Positions 27,614-36,544 of a stretch of 64,000 nt of DNA are shown in pieces (positions within the stretch are counted from its first letter, which is position 1; the number at the start of each line of letters is the position of its first letter). The DNA lies in the NCBI GenBank assembly GCA_018303115.1, contig JAGVYT010000001.1, forward strand, positions 10,279-74,278, given 5' to 3'. Position numbers and translations under genes: made by a program. The stretch comes from Candidatus Woesearchaeota archaeon. Lineage in GTDB: Archaea; Nanobdellota; Nanobdellia; Woesearchaeales; UBA10216. The notes beneath the pieces are model-generated. The model worked only from the letters and a program-made list of their open reading frames with translations. It had not been told where the DNA came from and made no database searches.

Positions 27614-27635
27614 CAACTTTTCAGTCCTTCGGACA
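27614..27635 (+). repeat. island repeat C, copy 2 (CAACTTTTCAGTCCTTCGGACA); followed by a third UUCG hairpin TCTGC-TTCG-GCAGA at ~27643-27656
   Basis: Read directly. Confidence 0.65.
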
Positions 27636-27729
27636 GCTACTCTGCTTCGCAGAAATTCATGCAATTCGGTGACAATCTTTAAAAAATAATAAAAACGGCT
27701 GTCCCGCCGTCCTAAAGTTCGCTTTAACC

Positions 27730-27767
27730 CGAAATTTTTGCCTTCGGCATCGTTGCACTAAATTTTA
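27730..27767 (+). repeat. island direct repeat A, copy 2
   Basis: Exact 38-nt repeat of 26061-26098. Confidence 0.8.
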
Positions 27768-27844
27768 GTCCCTGCAAGTATTCGGGAGAGATTAACAGCG
27801 ATCGCATACGTTCAACGCAATAAAATTTAAGTTTCCTAGAAAAC

Positions 27845-27879
27845 GGGAATTCTCAGAGGTCATTCGCAAACTTCAGTTA
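27845..27879 (+). repeat. island direct repeat B, copy 1 (GGGAATTCTCAGAGGTCATTCGCAAACTTCAGTTA)
   Basis: 35-nt exact match with 29616-29650. Confidence 0.8.
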
Positions 27880-28115
27880 AGTCCGATTTTTGCGGACAAC
27901 TCAAAACCCTCTTCAGTAAGCCTTGTTTTCAGGTCAGAGCATTACTTTCTTGCCCTTCCGCTTTCTGTCAATGCTTCTACAATGTCTACTACTGAGAACC
28001 ACCATCCATCATTAAACCAAGTTCTTCTGATTTTTTTGCCTTAAAATACTACTAGAGCATTATTTTGGTTAGTCATTTTATTACTTCAACTGCATTATTT
28101 CCATTCATAGCATTA

Positions 28116-28991
28116 TCAATCTGCCTCAGAAAATATTTGGCTAATGATTTCATTTTCTTTTTGCGTAAAAGGTATATCTGGATTGTCATGGAAATAAAGA
28201 GAACGATTAGAACGATTATTAATAAGGTGGGTGTATCCAACTATTAGGTTCACTCTTCTATAAACTTCTTTTTGCTCAAAGAATCCTTTTTCCCTTCTAT
28301 TCCCATCTATGTATCCAATTTGCCGGCCATCTTTTTCAATTTGGCAATAACCCTTTATAGCATTTCGAAGGCTAGACACATCAGCAAATAATGTATTTAT
28401 AATAAGAATATTCTTAAATCCTTTTCTCAATTGCCGTGTTTTTCCTTTTAATAAATCATACAGTCTATAACAATCACTATTTTGTGTTACCTCATTGACT
28501 ACAAAATGCCCGCTTAATTTATTTCCCGATTTAAATTCTTCTAACATTGCAGTAATCTTATCTGTTACATGTTTATCTTCATTTAATACAGCTACCTCTA
28601 CTATAATATCCTCTTGGTCTAGTTTTATCAAGAAATCAGGGTTTTTATCAAAACCATCTATTTTTGGCTGATAACAAACATAAGGAATATTAATCTTCTT
28701 TAAATAAGCCCAAACATCAATTTCTGATATTATTCCGTATACTTGCGCAACTCCTCCTTTAAGATATTCAAGTATATGTTTCTTATGCGGATTAATTTCA
28801 TCTGCACCCAAATCATTTAAGTTACTTTCTAAATGCTGTAACTTTGGTTCTCTGTGTTTTATCAACCAGATTAAAGCTGATGGTTTATTTTTTCCTGATT
28901 CTTCATTAATCCAATTATCAGTGATAAGACTTTTTAGTAAGGGTAAACTATTTACATTAATATTAATTGTTTGTTTATCAAATTGGTTCAT
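28116..28991 (-). CDS. hypothetical protein, co-transcribed downstream of the RelE/AbrB pair
   Basis: 291 aa, AT-rich, no recognisable motif. ATGA-type 4-nt overlap with the RelE gene. Confidence 0.4.
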   Translation of the reverse strand: MNQFDKQTININVNSLPLLKSLITDNWINEESGKNKPSALIWLIKHREPKLQHLESNLNDLGADEINPHKKHILEYLKGGVAQVYGIISEIDVWAYLKKINIPYVCYQPKIDGFDKNPDFLIKLDQEDIIVEVAVLNEDKHVTDKITAMLEEFKSGNKLSGHFVVNEVTQNSDCYRLYDLLKGKTRQLRKGFKNILIINTLFADVSSLRNAIKGYCQIEKDGRQIGYIDGNRREKGFFEQKEVYRRVNLIVGYTHLINNRSNRSLYFHDNPDIPFTQKENEIISQIFSEAD

Positions 28992-29233
28992 TTGTAAACA
29001 TCCTTTCGGTGATCAAAACAATTTATTATGATACTATCTTTTTCTAATCTGTAAATTATCCTATAAGGGGGAATTCTTATACTTCGATGCCCTTTTAGCT
29101 GATACTGCAATGGTTTTCCTGATTCTGGAAGTTCGCCCAGTTTCCTAATATTTTTAATGAGTTTCAATCTCGTAGGCTTATCTTTAATCTTTCTGAATTC
29201 TTTCTTAAATTCTTCAGAAAATATTATCTGCAT
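28988..29233 (-). CDS. RelE/ParE-family toxin
   Basis: YRIIYRLEKDSIIINCFDHRKDVY matches the RelE/ParE C-terminal signature. Confidence 0.75.
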   Translation of the reverse strand: MQIIFSEEFKKEFRKIKDKPTRLKLIKNIRKLGELPESGKPLQYQLKGHRSIRIPPYRIIYRLEKDSIIINCFDHRKDVYK

Positions 29234-29234
29234 T

Positions 29235-29519
29235 TTAAGCCATCAACAAATCGTCTATATCTTCATCACTCATTTTAGTATCTATTTTAACTACTCTGCC
29301 TTTCTTAATTTGTTCTTCGCTTCTCTTAATTTTATCTATTAATACCATATCTTCTCTTAAAGCTTCTTTTTTAACTTGCTTTAACATAATATTCCCACCT
29401 TCATTAAATACAATAAACTTAGTTGATGGCTTTATGCCTGCATCTTTCCTTATTTCAGATGGTATTACAATCTGCCCATTCTGAGATATCCTAGTCATAG
29501 CAACTTCCATTTTTATCAC
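29235..29519 (-). CDS. AbrB/MazE/SpoVT-type antitoxin
   Basis: ISQNGQIVIPSEIRK swapped-hairpin motif. 1-nt spacing to the RelE gene. Confidence 0.65.
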   Translation of the reverse strand: MIKMEVAMTRISQNGQIVIPSEIRKDAGIKPSTKFIVFNEGGNIMLKQVKKEALREDMVLIDKIKRSEEQIKKGRVVKIDTKMSDEDIDDLLMA

Positions 29520-29615
29520 CTACAATATATTTTAATATTAAAACATATTTTATATATAAACCTTTTGGTTTTTGGGCTCCAAATTCTATTGTTCCTGGGC
29601 AACCTCCGCTCACGA

Positions 29616-29650
29616 GGGAATTCTCAGAGGTCATTCGCAAACTTCAGTTA
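29616..29650 (+). repeat. island direct repeat B, copy 2
   Basis: Exact 35-nt repeat of 27845-27879. Confidence 0.8.
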
Positions 29651-29651
29651 T

Positions 29652-29757
29652 ATCAAGTTGAGTAAATAGAGGAACTTGATTGCATCCATTGTTGCTACCG
29701 GACTCAACTTGATTATTAGGAAGTTGACCATGAAGTTCCAATATTTCGTCAACTTCC
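29652..29757. repeat. cluster of inverted repeats built on a CAACTTGA-like core (ATCAAGTTGAG/CTCAACTTGAT 29652-62/29703-13; GGAAGTTGAC/GTCAACTTCC 29719-28/29748-57)
   Basis: Read directly. Lies at right edge of AT-rich island, upstream of the GT2 gene at 29843. Confidence 0.6.
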
Positions 29758-29842
29758 CATAAGTCCGATGTTATACCAGTCGCTAACTTTACAGCTCACG
29801 TATTCCAAAAATTTAAATACTCTCCCAAGACACCGCTGCAAG

Positions 29843-30772
29843 ATGGCAACCGAGCTCTCTGTTGTAATCCCGGCGTATAACGAACAGGATAACATCCAGC
29901 CCCTCACTCAGGAGCTCATAAGCGTTCTTAATTCATACGGAAAGCCTTACGAAATAATTTTTATTGACGACGGCAGCACTGATGCCACTGCCGAGAAAAT
30001 CGCACTCCTCCATGAAAAAAACAGGAACATCCGCCTAATACAGTTCAGGAAAAACTTCGGGCAAACCGCAGCCCTTGATGCAGGCTTTAAGAATGCCAAC
30101 GGAAAGATTATCATTCCGATGGATTCGGACCTGCAAAACGACCCTGCAGACATACCAAGGCTTCTTTCAGGGCTTAACAATTCAGATGCCGTTGTCGGAT
30201 GGCGCAAAGACAGAAAAGACGCATTGCCAAAACGCCTTTTTTCAAGGCTGGCGAACGCCATGCGAAAGGCGCTTACAGGCGAGCGCATACACGACTCAGG
30301 GTGCACGCTGAAAGCCATCCGGAAGGAAGCAGTGGAGGAGCTTGACCTTTACGGGGAAATGCACCGCTTCATCCCTGCACTGCTTATGTGGAAGGGCTTT
30401 AAGGTTACGGAAGCTGTTGTCAGGCACCGCCCGCGCCATTCAGGAAAAACAAAATACAACTTCAAGCGCCTGCTCAAGGGATTCCTGGACTTGCTTGTGG
30501 TAAAGTTCTGGATGCAATACTCAACCAGGCCGATACACCTCTTCGGGGGATTGGGCATGTTTTTCAGCCTGCTTGGCGTTATCATGGGGCTACACTTAAC
30601 ATTCCTTAAAATATTCAGGGGGGAGCAGCTGGCAAACAGGCCAATGCTTTTGCTGGCAGTGCTACTCGTTGTCCTTGGAACTCAGTTCGTTCTTTTCGGC
30701 TTTATAGCAGACATACTGATAAAAACGCACTACAAGGGAAAGCCGCCTTACTCAATCAAGAGAACGCTCTGA
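29843..30772 (+). CDS. GT2 polyprenol-phosphate hexose synthase (GtrB/DPM1/ArnC-like) with two C-terminal TM helices
   Basis: VVIPAYNEQDNI and the IFIDDGSTD (DxD-type) motif, C-terminal TM pair. TTTAAATA box at 29812-29819. Start at MATELS. Confidence 0.75.
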   Translation: MATELSVVIPAYNEQDNIQPLTQELISVLNSYGKPYEIIFIDDGSTDATAEKIALLHEKNRNIRLIQFRKNFGQTAALDAGFKNANGKIIIPMDSDLQNDPADIPRLLSGLNNSDAVVGWRKDRKDALPKRLFSRLANAMRKALTGERIHDSGCTLKAIRKEAVEELDLYGEMHRFIPALLMWKGFKVTEAVVRHRPRHSGKTKYNFKRLLKGFLDLLVVKFWMQYSTRPIHLFGGLGMFFSLLGVIMGLHLTFLKIFRGEQLANRPMLLLAVLLVVLGTQFVLFGFIADILIKTHYKGKPPYSIKRTL

Positions 30773-30783
30773 CTCCGGTTAAG

Positions 30784-31392
30784 ATGAAACTATTCAATAT
30801 TCTGCGAAACCTCCCAATAGACTTGGGACAGGAGGGTATGCGCTCAAAAACCAAAGGGAAGATTATAGCGCGAAGCCTTGTTCCACAAGCAAAAGAAGGG
30901 CAAACTGCACTTGACTTAGGCTGCAGGGAAGGGACACAGTCAAAATGGCTTGAGAAAAAGGGCTACAAGGTAACAAGCATCGACATAGAAAAAAATTACG
31001 AAAAATGCCTGATAGTTGACTGCAATAAGAAACTGCCATTCAAAACAGGCAGCTTTAACCTCGTCTGGTGCAGCGAGGTCGTTGAACACCTTGAAAACCC
31101 CGGAAAATCCGTTAAGGAAATGAAGCGAGTCCTGAAACCCGGCGGATTGCTTTTGGTTACAACCCCGAACAGCAGGTGCTGGTTTTACAGAATACTATCC
31201 CTGGCGGGCTTTAAGCCGAAAAAAATACAGAACCCCGACCACAAACACTTTTTTGGGGAAAAAGACGTGAAAAGCCTCTTCCAGGACGCAAAAATACTCG
31301 GCTACTTCCCGTATGCGATTTACAAAGCAACCATCGGGAGAAGCCTTAATTTTTTAACACCCACCTTCGTAGTTATTTGGAGAAAATCGTGA
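30784..31392 (+). CDS. class I SAM-dependent methyltransferase (Methyltransf_11-like)
   Basis: ALDLGCREG motif I, VVEHLENP, LKPGGLLLVTTPN. Confidence 0.7.
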   Translation: MKLFNILRNLPIDLGQEGMRSKTKGKIIARSLVPQAKEGQTALDLGCREGTQSKWLEKKGYKVTSIDIEKNYEKCLIVDCNKKLPFKTGSFNLVWCSEVVEHLENPGKSVKEMKRVLKPGGLLLVTTPNSRCWFYRILSLAGFKPKKIQNPDHKHFFGEKDVKSLFQDAKILGYFPYAIYKATIGRSLNFLTPTFVVIWRKS

Positions 31393-31793
31393 GAGAAATG
31401 AAAAGATACCTCATTTTCCTTATGGGAGGAGGAATAGGCTTTCTTCTTACAATCCTTACCACGACTATGCTGACAGAAGTTTTCAGCCTCTGGTATGCGC
31501 TCTCTTATGCGTTTGGGCTTGCTGTTGGAACCATTTTCAAGTTCCTATACCACCGAAGGATAACCTTTAACAAGCCGAGCAAATGGAAAACCCGCTTCCT
31601 GAAGTTCATAATGCTTGTTGCTATTATGACCATAGTAAACTGGCTGTTGGTATATGCCAGCTCAGAAACATTGGCAAGAATCTTCCAAGGAGAGGTAAAA
31701 ACACTGCATTACTTGGCAAGCATCTTTTTTGTCAGCGGACTCCTGTCCCTTGTCAACTTCTGGTTTAACAAGCACTGGGTATTCAGGAGCTAA
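31377..31793 (+). CDS. GtrA-family 4-TM protein (lipid-linked sugar flippase-like)
   Basis: Small 4-TM protein with [11 protein letters not shown] and [10 protein letters not shown] motifs typical of GtrA. Alternative start at 31398 (MKRYL) avoids the overlap. Confidence 0.65.
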   Translation: MEKIVREMKRYLIFLMGGGIGFLLTILTTTMLTEVFSLWYALSYAFGLAVGTIFKFLYHRRITFNKPSKWKTRFLKFIMLVAIMTIVNWLLVYASSETLARIFQGEVKTLHYLASIFFVSGLLSLVNFWFNKHWVFRS

Positions 31794-32709
31794 ACCACTC
31801 AATGGTCTTCTTCAAGCCCTCGTCAACGCCAACCTCGGGCTCCCATTTGAGGAGCTGTTTTGCCCTGCTTATGTCAGGGCACCTTGTCTTAGGGTCGTCC
31901 GCAGGCAAAGGCCTGAAAACTATCCTGCTTTTAGAGCCGGTTAATTCAATAATTTTTTCAGCCAAATCAAGAATAGTGAACTCATCCGGGTTCCCGATAT
32001 TGACGGGCTCGTTAACATCCGACAGCATCAGTTTGTAAATGCCTTCAATCATGTCGGAAATATAACAAAAGCTTCTGGTCTGCGAGCCGTCGCCGTAAAC
32101 AGTAATCGGCCTGTTTGCAAGAGCCTGCGTTATGAAATTGGGAACAGCCCTGCCGTCCTTTTTCCTCATCTGGGGACCGTAAGTGTTGAAAATGCGGGCA
32201 ATCTTTGCATCCGTATTATGCACCCTGTGGTAAGCGACAGTAAGGGCTTCAGCATAACGCTTCGCCTCGTCGTACACTCCGCGAGGTCCAATGGCATTAA
32301 CATTTCCCCAATAGCTCTCAGGCTGCGGATGAACTTTGGGGTCGCCGTAAACCTCAGACGTTGAGGCAAGCATGAAAACAGCCTTCTTGGAGCGGGCAAT
32401 CCCCAGGGCATTATGGGTTCCCAAAGCGCCAACCTTCAGTGTCTGGATGGGAAGCTGGGCATAATCAACAGGAGAAGCAGGACTCGCGAAGTGCAAAACG
32501 TAATCAACATCTTCTTTCAGCTCTAAAGGAAGCGATATGTCGTGGACAATCAATTTGAAATTCGGATTTGATTTAAAGCCTTCAATATTAGCCCTGTCGC
32601 CGGTAAGAAAGTTATCAACGCAAATTATTCTGTAACCTTTTTCAAGCAGGAACCTGCACAAATGGCACCCGATAAATCCTGCACCGCCGGTGATAAGGGC
32701 TGTTTTCAT
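31783..32709 (-). CDS. uxs: UDP-glucuronate decarboxylase (UDP-xylose synthase)
   Basis: [42 protein letters not shown] closely follow the UXS pattern. Confidence 0.8.
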   Translation of the reverse strand: MKTALITGGAGFIGCHLCRFLLEKGYRIICVDNFLTGDRANIEGFKSNPNFKLIVHDISLPLELKEDVDYVLHFASPASPVDYAQLPIQTLKVGALGTHNALGIARSKKAVFMLASTSEVYGDPKVHPQPESYWGNVNAIGPRGVYDEAKRYAEALTVAYHRVHNTDAKIARIFNTYGPQMRKKDGRAVPNFITQALANRPITVYGDGSQTRSFCYISDMIEGIYKLMLSDVNEPVNIGNPDEFTILDLAEKIIELTGSKSRIVFRPLPADDPKTRCPDISRAKQLLKWEPEVGVDEGLKKTIEWFSS

Positions 32710-33440
32710 TCTCCAAACCCCTGCCTCGCCTCTTCCAGAGCCTCAATCCAGCCAATGTCAAACCACCTCTCAAAATAAACGTGGCCGTAAACCTTTTCCA
32801 GATTCATCAGCCATGCAAGGAAGTAGCCCATCTTGTCAGCATTGTTCTTTTCATCAATGTAACGCTTAATCAACTCCAGTTTTTTCTGCGGAAAAAAGTA
32901 AATTCCCAAGGAAAGCAGCGTTGACTTCGGATTGGAGGCCTTTTCCATAAACTCTGAAAAGGAGTTGTCATCGTTCAAAACGACAGAGCCGGACTCGCGG
33001 GCAGCCTTGTAGGACTTTGACTCCCACAGCGGATTTATTATATTTGAAGCGCTTTTGAAAACATTAAAAGCGGGAACCAGGGAGAAATCAAAAATGTTGT
33101 CGCCGGCAACAACAAGAACGTCATCGTTAATGCCCCCCTTCTCAATGACGAACTGTATATCGCCAACCTGACCAAGCCGGTCGTCATTGCTTGCAGTGCC
33201 GTCATTCAGAATCTCAACAGGCACCTTAAAGGATTTGCCCTGAAGCCACTTCTCAAAATTTTTGTAAAACTTATCATTGGTAACAATGTAAATTCCATCA
33301 ACTTCGGGAATCTCAACAACCTTGTCTATAATGTGCTCAACAATCGGCCTGCCATTTACTTCAAGCAGGGGCTTTGGAGTCTCCTTTGTCAAAGGCCAAA
33401 GCCGTGATGCATAACCAGCGCAAGTCAGAACAGCTTTCAT
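32706..33440 (-). CDS. sugar-1-phosphate nucleotidylyltransferase
   Basis: N-terminal [14 protein letters not shown](K) nucleotidyltransferase G-loop. VVAGDNIF. Confidence 0.7.
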   Translation of the reverse strand: MKAVLTCAGYASRLWPLTKETPKPLLEVNGRPIVEHIIDKVVEIPEVDGIYIVTNDKFYKNFEKWLQGKSFKVPVEILNDGTASNDDRLGQVGDIQFVIEKGGINDDVLVVAGDNIFDFSLVPAFNVFKSASNIINPLWESKSYKAARESGSVVLNDDNSFSEFMEKASNPKSTLLSLGIYFFPQKKLELIKRYIDEKNNADKMGYFLAWLMNLEKVYGHVYFERWFDIGWIEALEEARQGFGE

Positions 33441-34735
33441 CGCCCCACCCCGATATAATTGAAACCCCTAGACTTCAAATCCTCAGGCTCGTAAATGTTC
33501 CTGCCGTCAATAATGTTAGGAACTGCCATCAGCGCCTTCATCTTTTCCTTGTCCAACTCACGGAACAAATCCCATTCAGTCGCAATAACAAGGGCGTGCG
33601 CATTTTCCAAAGCGCCCAAGGGGGTCTCCGAGAAAGCCACGCCCTTAACAACCTTCTTGGCTGTCTGCTCAGCGACAGGGTCAAAAGCGGTAATCACCGC
33701 CCCCAGCTTCTGCAGCTCATTAATAACGGTGATTGAAGGGGCTTCCCTCATGTCATCCGTTTTCGGCTTGAAGGACAAACCCCAAACAGCTATTTTTTTG
33801 CCATTCAAGTCAGGAACAAGCTTCTTAACTTTTGGAATAAGCGAAAGCTTCTGCCTTTCATTAACAGATTCGATGGCATTAAGCATGTCAGCATTGCAAC
33901 CATGCTCTTTAAAGATCTGTGTTAAAGCCCTGAGATCCTTCGGAAAGCAGCTTCCCCCGTAACCGGCGCCAGCCTGCAAAAACCTCGGGCCAATCCTGTT
34001 ATCCAAGCCAACCCCGCGGGCAACCATCTTGACATCCGCCCCGACCCTCTCGCACAAATGCGAAAGCTCATTCATGAAAGAAATGCGCGAGGCGAGCATG
34101 GCGTTGCTTGCATACTTTATAAGCTCTGACGTCTTAACATCTGTAAAGAAAATAGGCCTGCCGGTTCTTTCAATCGCCTTGTAAAGCGAATTCATGGTTT
34201 CCTTTGCCTTGCCATTGTCTGCGCCGATAACAATCCTGTCAGGAACCATGAAGTCCTGGACAGCCTCGCCCTCGCGCAAAAACTCGGGGTTGGAAACAAC
34301 GTCAAACTCATGCTTTTGCTTCATCTTTTCTTTTAAGCGCTCCTTAAGCTTGTGAGAAGTGCCAACGGGAACTGTGCTCTTCATAACAACAACCTTGTAG
34401 CCGTTAATGAACCTCGCTATGTCATCCGCAACCTGAAATACGGCAGACAAATCTGCCTTTCCATCACTATCAGAAGGCGTGCCGACAGCTATGAAAATAA
34501 TCTCCGAATTCTCAATAGCCAGCTGCGAATCAGTTGTGAACATAAGCCGTTTCTGAGCAGTGTTAGTCTCCACAATTTCGCGAAGCCCAGGCTCAAAAAA
34601 GGGCATGACGCCTCTCCTCAGATTGGAGATGCGCTCATCGTCGATGTCAACACAAATAACGTCATTTCCAAGGTTGGCAAGGCAGGCGCCTGTGACCAGC
34701 CCGACATAACCGGTTCCAACAACAGAGATTTTCAT
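33437..34735 (-). CDS. ugd: UDP-glucose 6-dehydrogenase
   Basis: MKISVVGTGYVGLVTGACLA N-terminal Rossmann, GGSCFPKD catalytic-Cys block. Confidence 0.85.
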   Translation of the reverse strand: MKISVVGTGYVGLVTGACLANLGNDVICVDIDDERISNLRRGVMPFFEPGLREIVETNTAQKRLMFTTDSQLAIENSEIIFIAVGTPSDSDGKADLSAVFQVADDIARFINGYKVVVMKSTVPVGTSHKLKERLKEKMKQKHEFDVVSNPEFLREGEAVQDFMVPDRIVIGADNGKAKETMNSLYKAIERTGRPIFFTDVKTSELIKYASNAMLASRISFMNELSHLCERVGADVKMVARGVGLDNRIGPRFLQAGAGYGGSCFPKDLRALTQIFKEHGCNADMLNAIESVNERQKLSLIPKVKKLVPDLNGKKIAVWGLSFKPKTDDMREAPSITVINELQKLGAVITAFDPVAEQTAKKVVKGVAFSETPLGALENAHALVIATEWDLFRELDKEKMKALMAVPNIIDGRNIYEPEDLKSRGFNYIGVGR

Positions 34736-34830
34736 GGCGAGACAGAATATAAACGGTCAATATAAATATCTTACCATTATCCTACCTTATCCGATAAGTT
34801 TATATATTATTGGTGTATAACACTTTCCGG

Positions 34831-34925
34831 AGCTGCCACGATTCAGCTTAGCTGAATTTATTTTCTCCCCCTTAACCAGTTAGAGAGGGGGAAAATAAGC
34901 CTTGCGCAGCAAGGGCGTGGCAGCT
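34831..34925 (+). other. 95-nt four-helix (cloverleaf-like) structured element, probable 5' leader of the gene at 34943; contains hairpin family member c
   Basis: Outer stem AGCTGCCACG/CGTGGCAGCT (34831-40 / 34916-25) encloses three hairpins: ATTCAGC-TTA-GCTGAAT (34841-57), TTATTTTCTCCCCC-loop-GGGGGAAAATAA (34858-98), CCTTGC-GCA-GCAAGG (34901-15). TTTATATA box at ~34798-34805 places a transcription start near 34830. Confidence 0.45.
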
Positions 34926-34942
34926 AAAGGGGAGAAGCAATC

Positions 34943-35740
34943 ATGAAACGCAAAATCAGTGTAACTCTTGACGAGAACATCCTGAAGGCCGTAGACGGGA
35001 TGATAGACAACATAATCATAAGAAACCGCTCGCAGGCGCTTGAGTTTCTTGCGAAAAATGCCCTTGGCGAGAACAAGACAGCAGTGATTCTTAGCGGAGG
35101 GGAGGAGTCAAGGCTGGAAATATCCCGGGGCGAATACAGGATTACAGCCAGAATAAAAAGCTCCACAGTGATAGAGCGCTCAATCAAGAAACTGCGTGAG
35201 AACGGCTTCAAGGAGATTTATGTCATAGCGAGGAAAAACGTCCTGACCAAAGTTTTTGACGTTGTAAAAGACGGCAGCGATTACAGCGTCAAGGTCAACT
35301 ACGTAGAGGAAAAGGAAAGCAAGGGAAGCGCTGACTCGCTGAAGCTTGCAAAGGGAAAGATAAACAACGACTTTCTCGTAGTTTACGGGCACGTTCTTTT
35401 TGAGAAAATAAACCTGGAAGCTTTATGGGGCAAGCACATGAAGCAGAATTCAGTAGCCACCTTAATGCTTACCACAGCAGCAAACCCGAGCGAGAAAGGC
35501 ACGGTGGCAATGGAAGGGGACAAGATACTGGAGTTCAAGCAGAAGCCCAGGAAGACAGACGTTTACCTTGTTTTTTCGGCGATATTCGCGGCAAGCCCTG
35601 ACATTTTCAACTACACCGAAGGAAGCCTTGAATACGATGTTTTCCCGCTGCTTGCCAGCAGGGGCCTGCTGTCAGGCCACGTCTCTGCAGAAAAGGAACT
35701 GCACATACACAGCGCAGATGACGTGAGGAAAGTGAAATAG
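34943..35740 (+). CDS. ribbon-helix-helix (CopG-like) DNA-binding domain fused to a sugar-phosphate nucleotidyltransferase-like domain
   Basis: N-terminal KISVTLDENILKAVDGMIDN..NRSQALEFLAK RHH pattern, then AVILSGGEESRL nucleotidyltransferase-like G-loop. Confidence 0.5.
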   Translation: MKRKISVTLDENILKAVDGMIDNIIIRNRSQALEFLAKNALGENKTAVILSGGEESRLEISRGEYRITARIKSSTVIERSIKKLRENGFKEIYVIARKNVLTKVFDVVKDGSDYSVKVNYVEEKESKGSADSLKLAKGKINNDFLVVYGHVLFEKINLEALWGKHMKQNSVATLMLTTAANPSEKGTVAMEGDKILEFKQKPRKTDVYLVFSAIFAASPDIFNYTEGSLEYDVFPLLASRGLLSGHVSAEKELHIHSADDVRKVK

Positions 35741-35790
35741 CCGTCAGATGCCAGAAAGGTTTTTATATAAGTTACCACTATTAAGTTAAT

Positions 35791-36543
35791 ATGAATCTTG
35801 GGGGCGTTGTTGCGGACGAGCAAAAGCAGCAGAGGAGCAAAACACTAGCGTTGTTTGACATAGGCGCAGTGCTCCTTGAATTGGATTATAGCACGTTTTT
35901 CAGGGAAGCCGCAAAGCTGTCAGCAGACGGCAAAAGCCCTGAAGATTTTAAGGAAGCCTACATAGCTGCAAATTTAGAGCCGAGATTTCACGCCGGCCAG
36001 ATGAGCAGCGGGAGCTACTTGAATGAGCTTCAAAGGCTTATAAACCCTGGCAGGAATCTATCTGAGGAAGAGCTGACAGCACTTGTTGGGATGCGGTACA
36101 CAGGAGCAATAGATGAAGTAGTTGAAATAAAAAGAAGGGCGCATGAGGCAGGCTATGCAGTTGGCTTGTTTTCAACCACATGCGAACTTGATGTGCGAAT
36201 ATTTAATGCGAGATATCCGGAAATGATGGAAACCTTCAGGCCGTCAAATCCGAGAATATTCTCTTTTAATGCAGGTTCCTGCAAGCCTGAACCACCAATG
36301 TATCAACGAGTTCAAGAGTTTGGGTTTGAGCGGGTTATTTTTATAGACGACAAACCAAGCCATATAAGGGCAGGCGTGGAAGAGTTTGGCTGGAAGGGAA
36401 TCCTGTTCACGCCTTATGTTGACCAGGCAGAGGCGATGAGGGCTGTCCACAGCGACACAACAATGCCCCAAAAGGATTTCAGAGTGGCTGACTCGGTAGG
36501 GGAATTAATTGACGCCTTAAGGTGTTTTGGAGTTGAGGTTTAA
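35791..36543 (+). CDS. HAD-superfamily hydrolase
   Basis: LFDIGAVLLE (motif I), SCKPEP (motif III Lys), FIDDKPS (motif IV). Confidence 0.55.
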   Translation: MNLGGVVADEQKQQRSKTLALFDIGAVLLELDYSTFFREAAKLSADGKSPEDFKEAYIAANLEPRFHAGQMSSGSYLNELQRLINPGRNLSEEELTALVGMRYTGAIDEVVEIKRRAHEAGYAVGLFSTTCELDVRIFNARYPEMMETFRPSNPRIFSFNAGSCKPEPPMYQRVQEFGFERVIFIDDKPSHIRAGVEEFGWKGILFTPYVDQAEAMRAVHSDTTMPQKDFRVADSVGELIDALRCFGVEV

Positions 36544-36544
36544 G

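Noticed and set aside
25500-29842. Classifying the island as a bona fide integron
   Set aside because: No IntI-type integrase or attI is present in the window. The repeats are direct repeats rather than attC-like imperfect palindromes, and cassette orientation is mixed. It is reported only as a cassette-like hotspot hypothesis.
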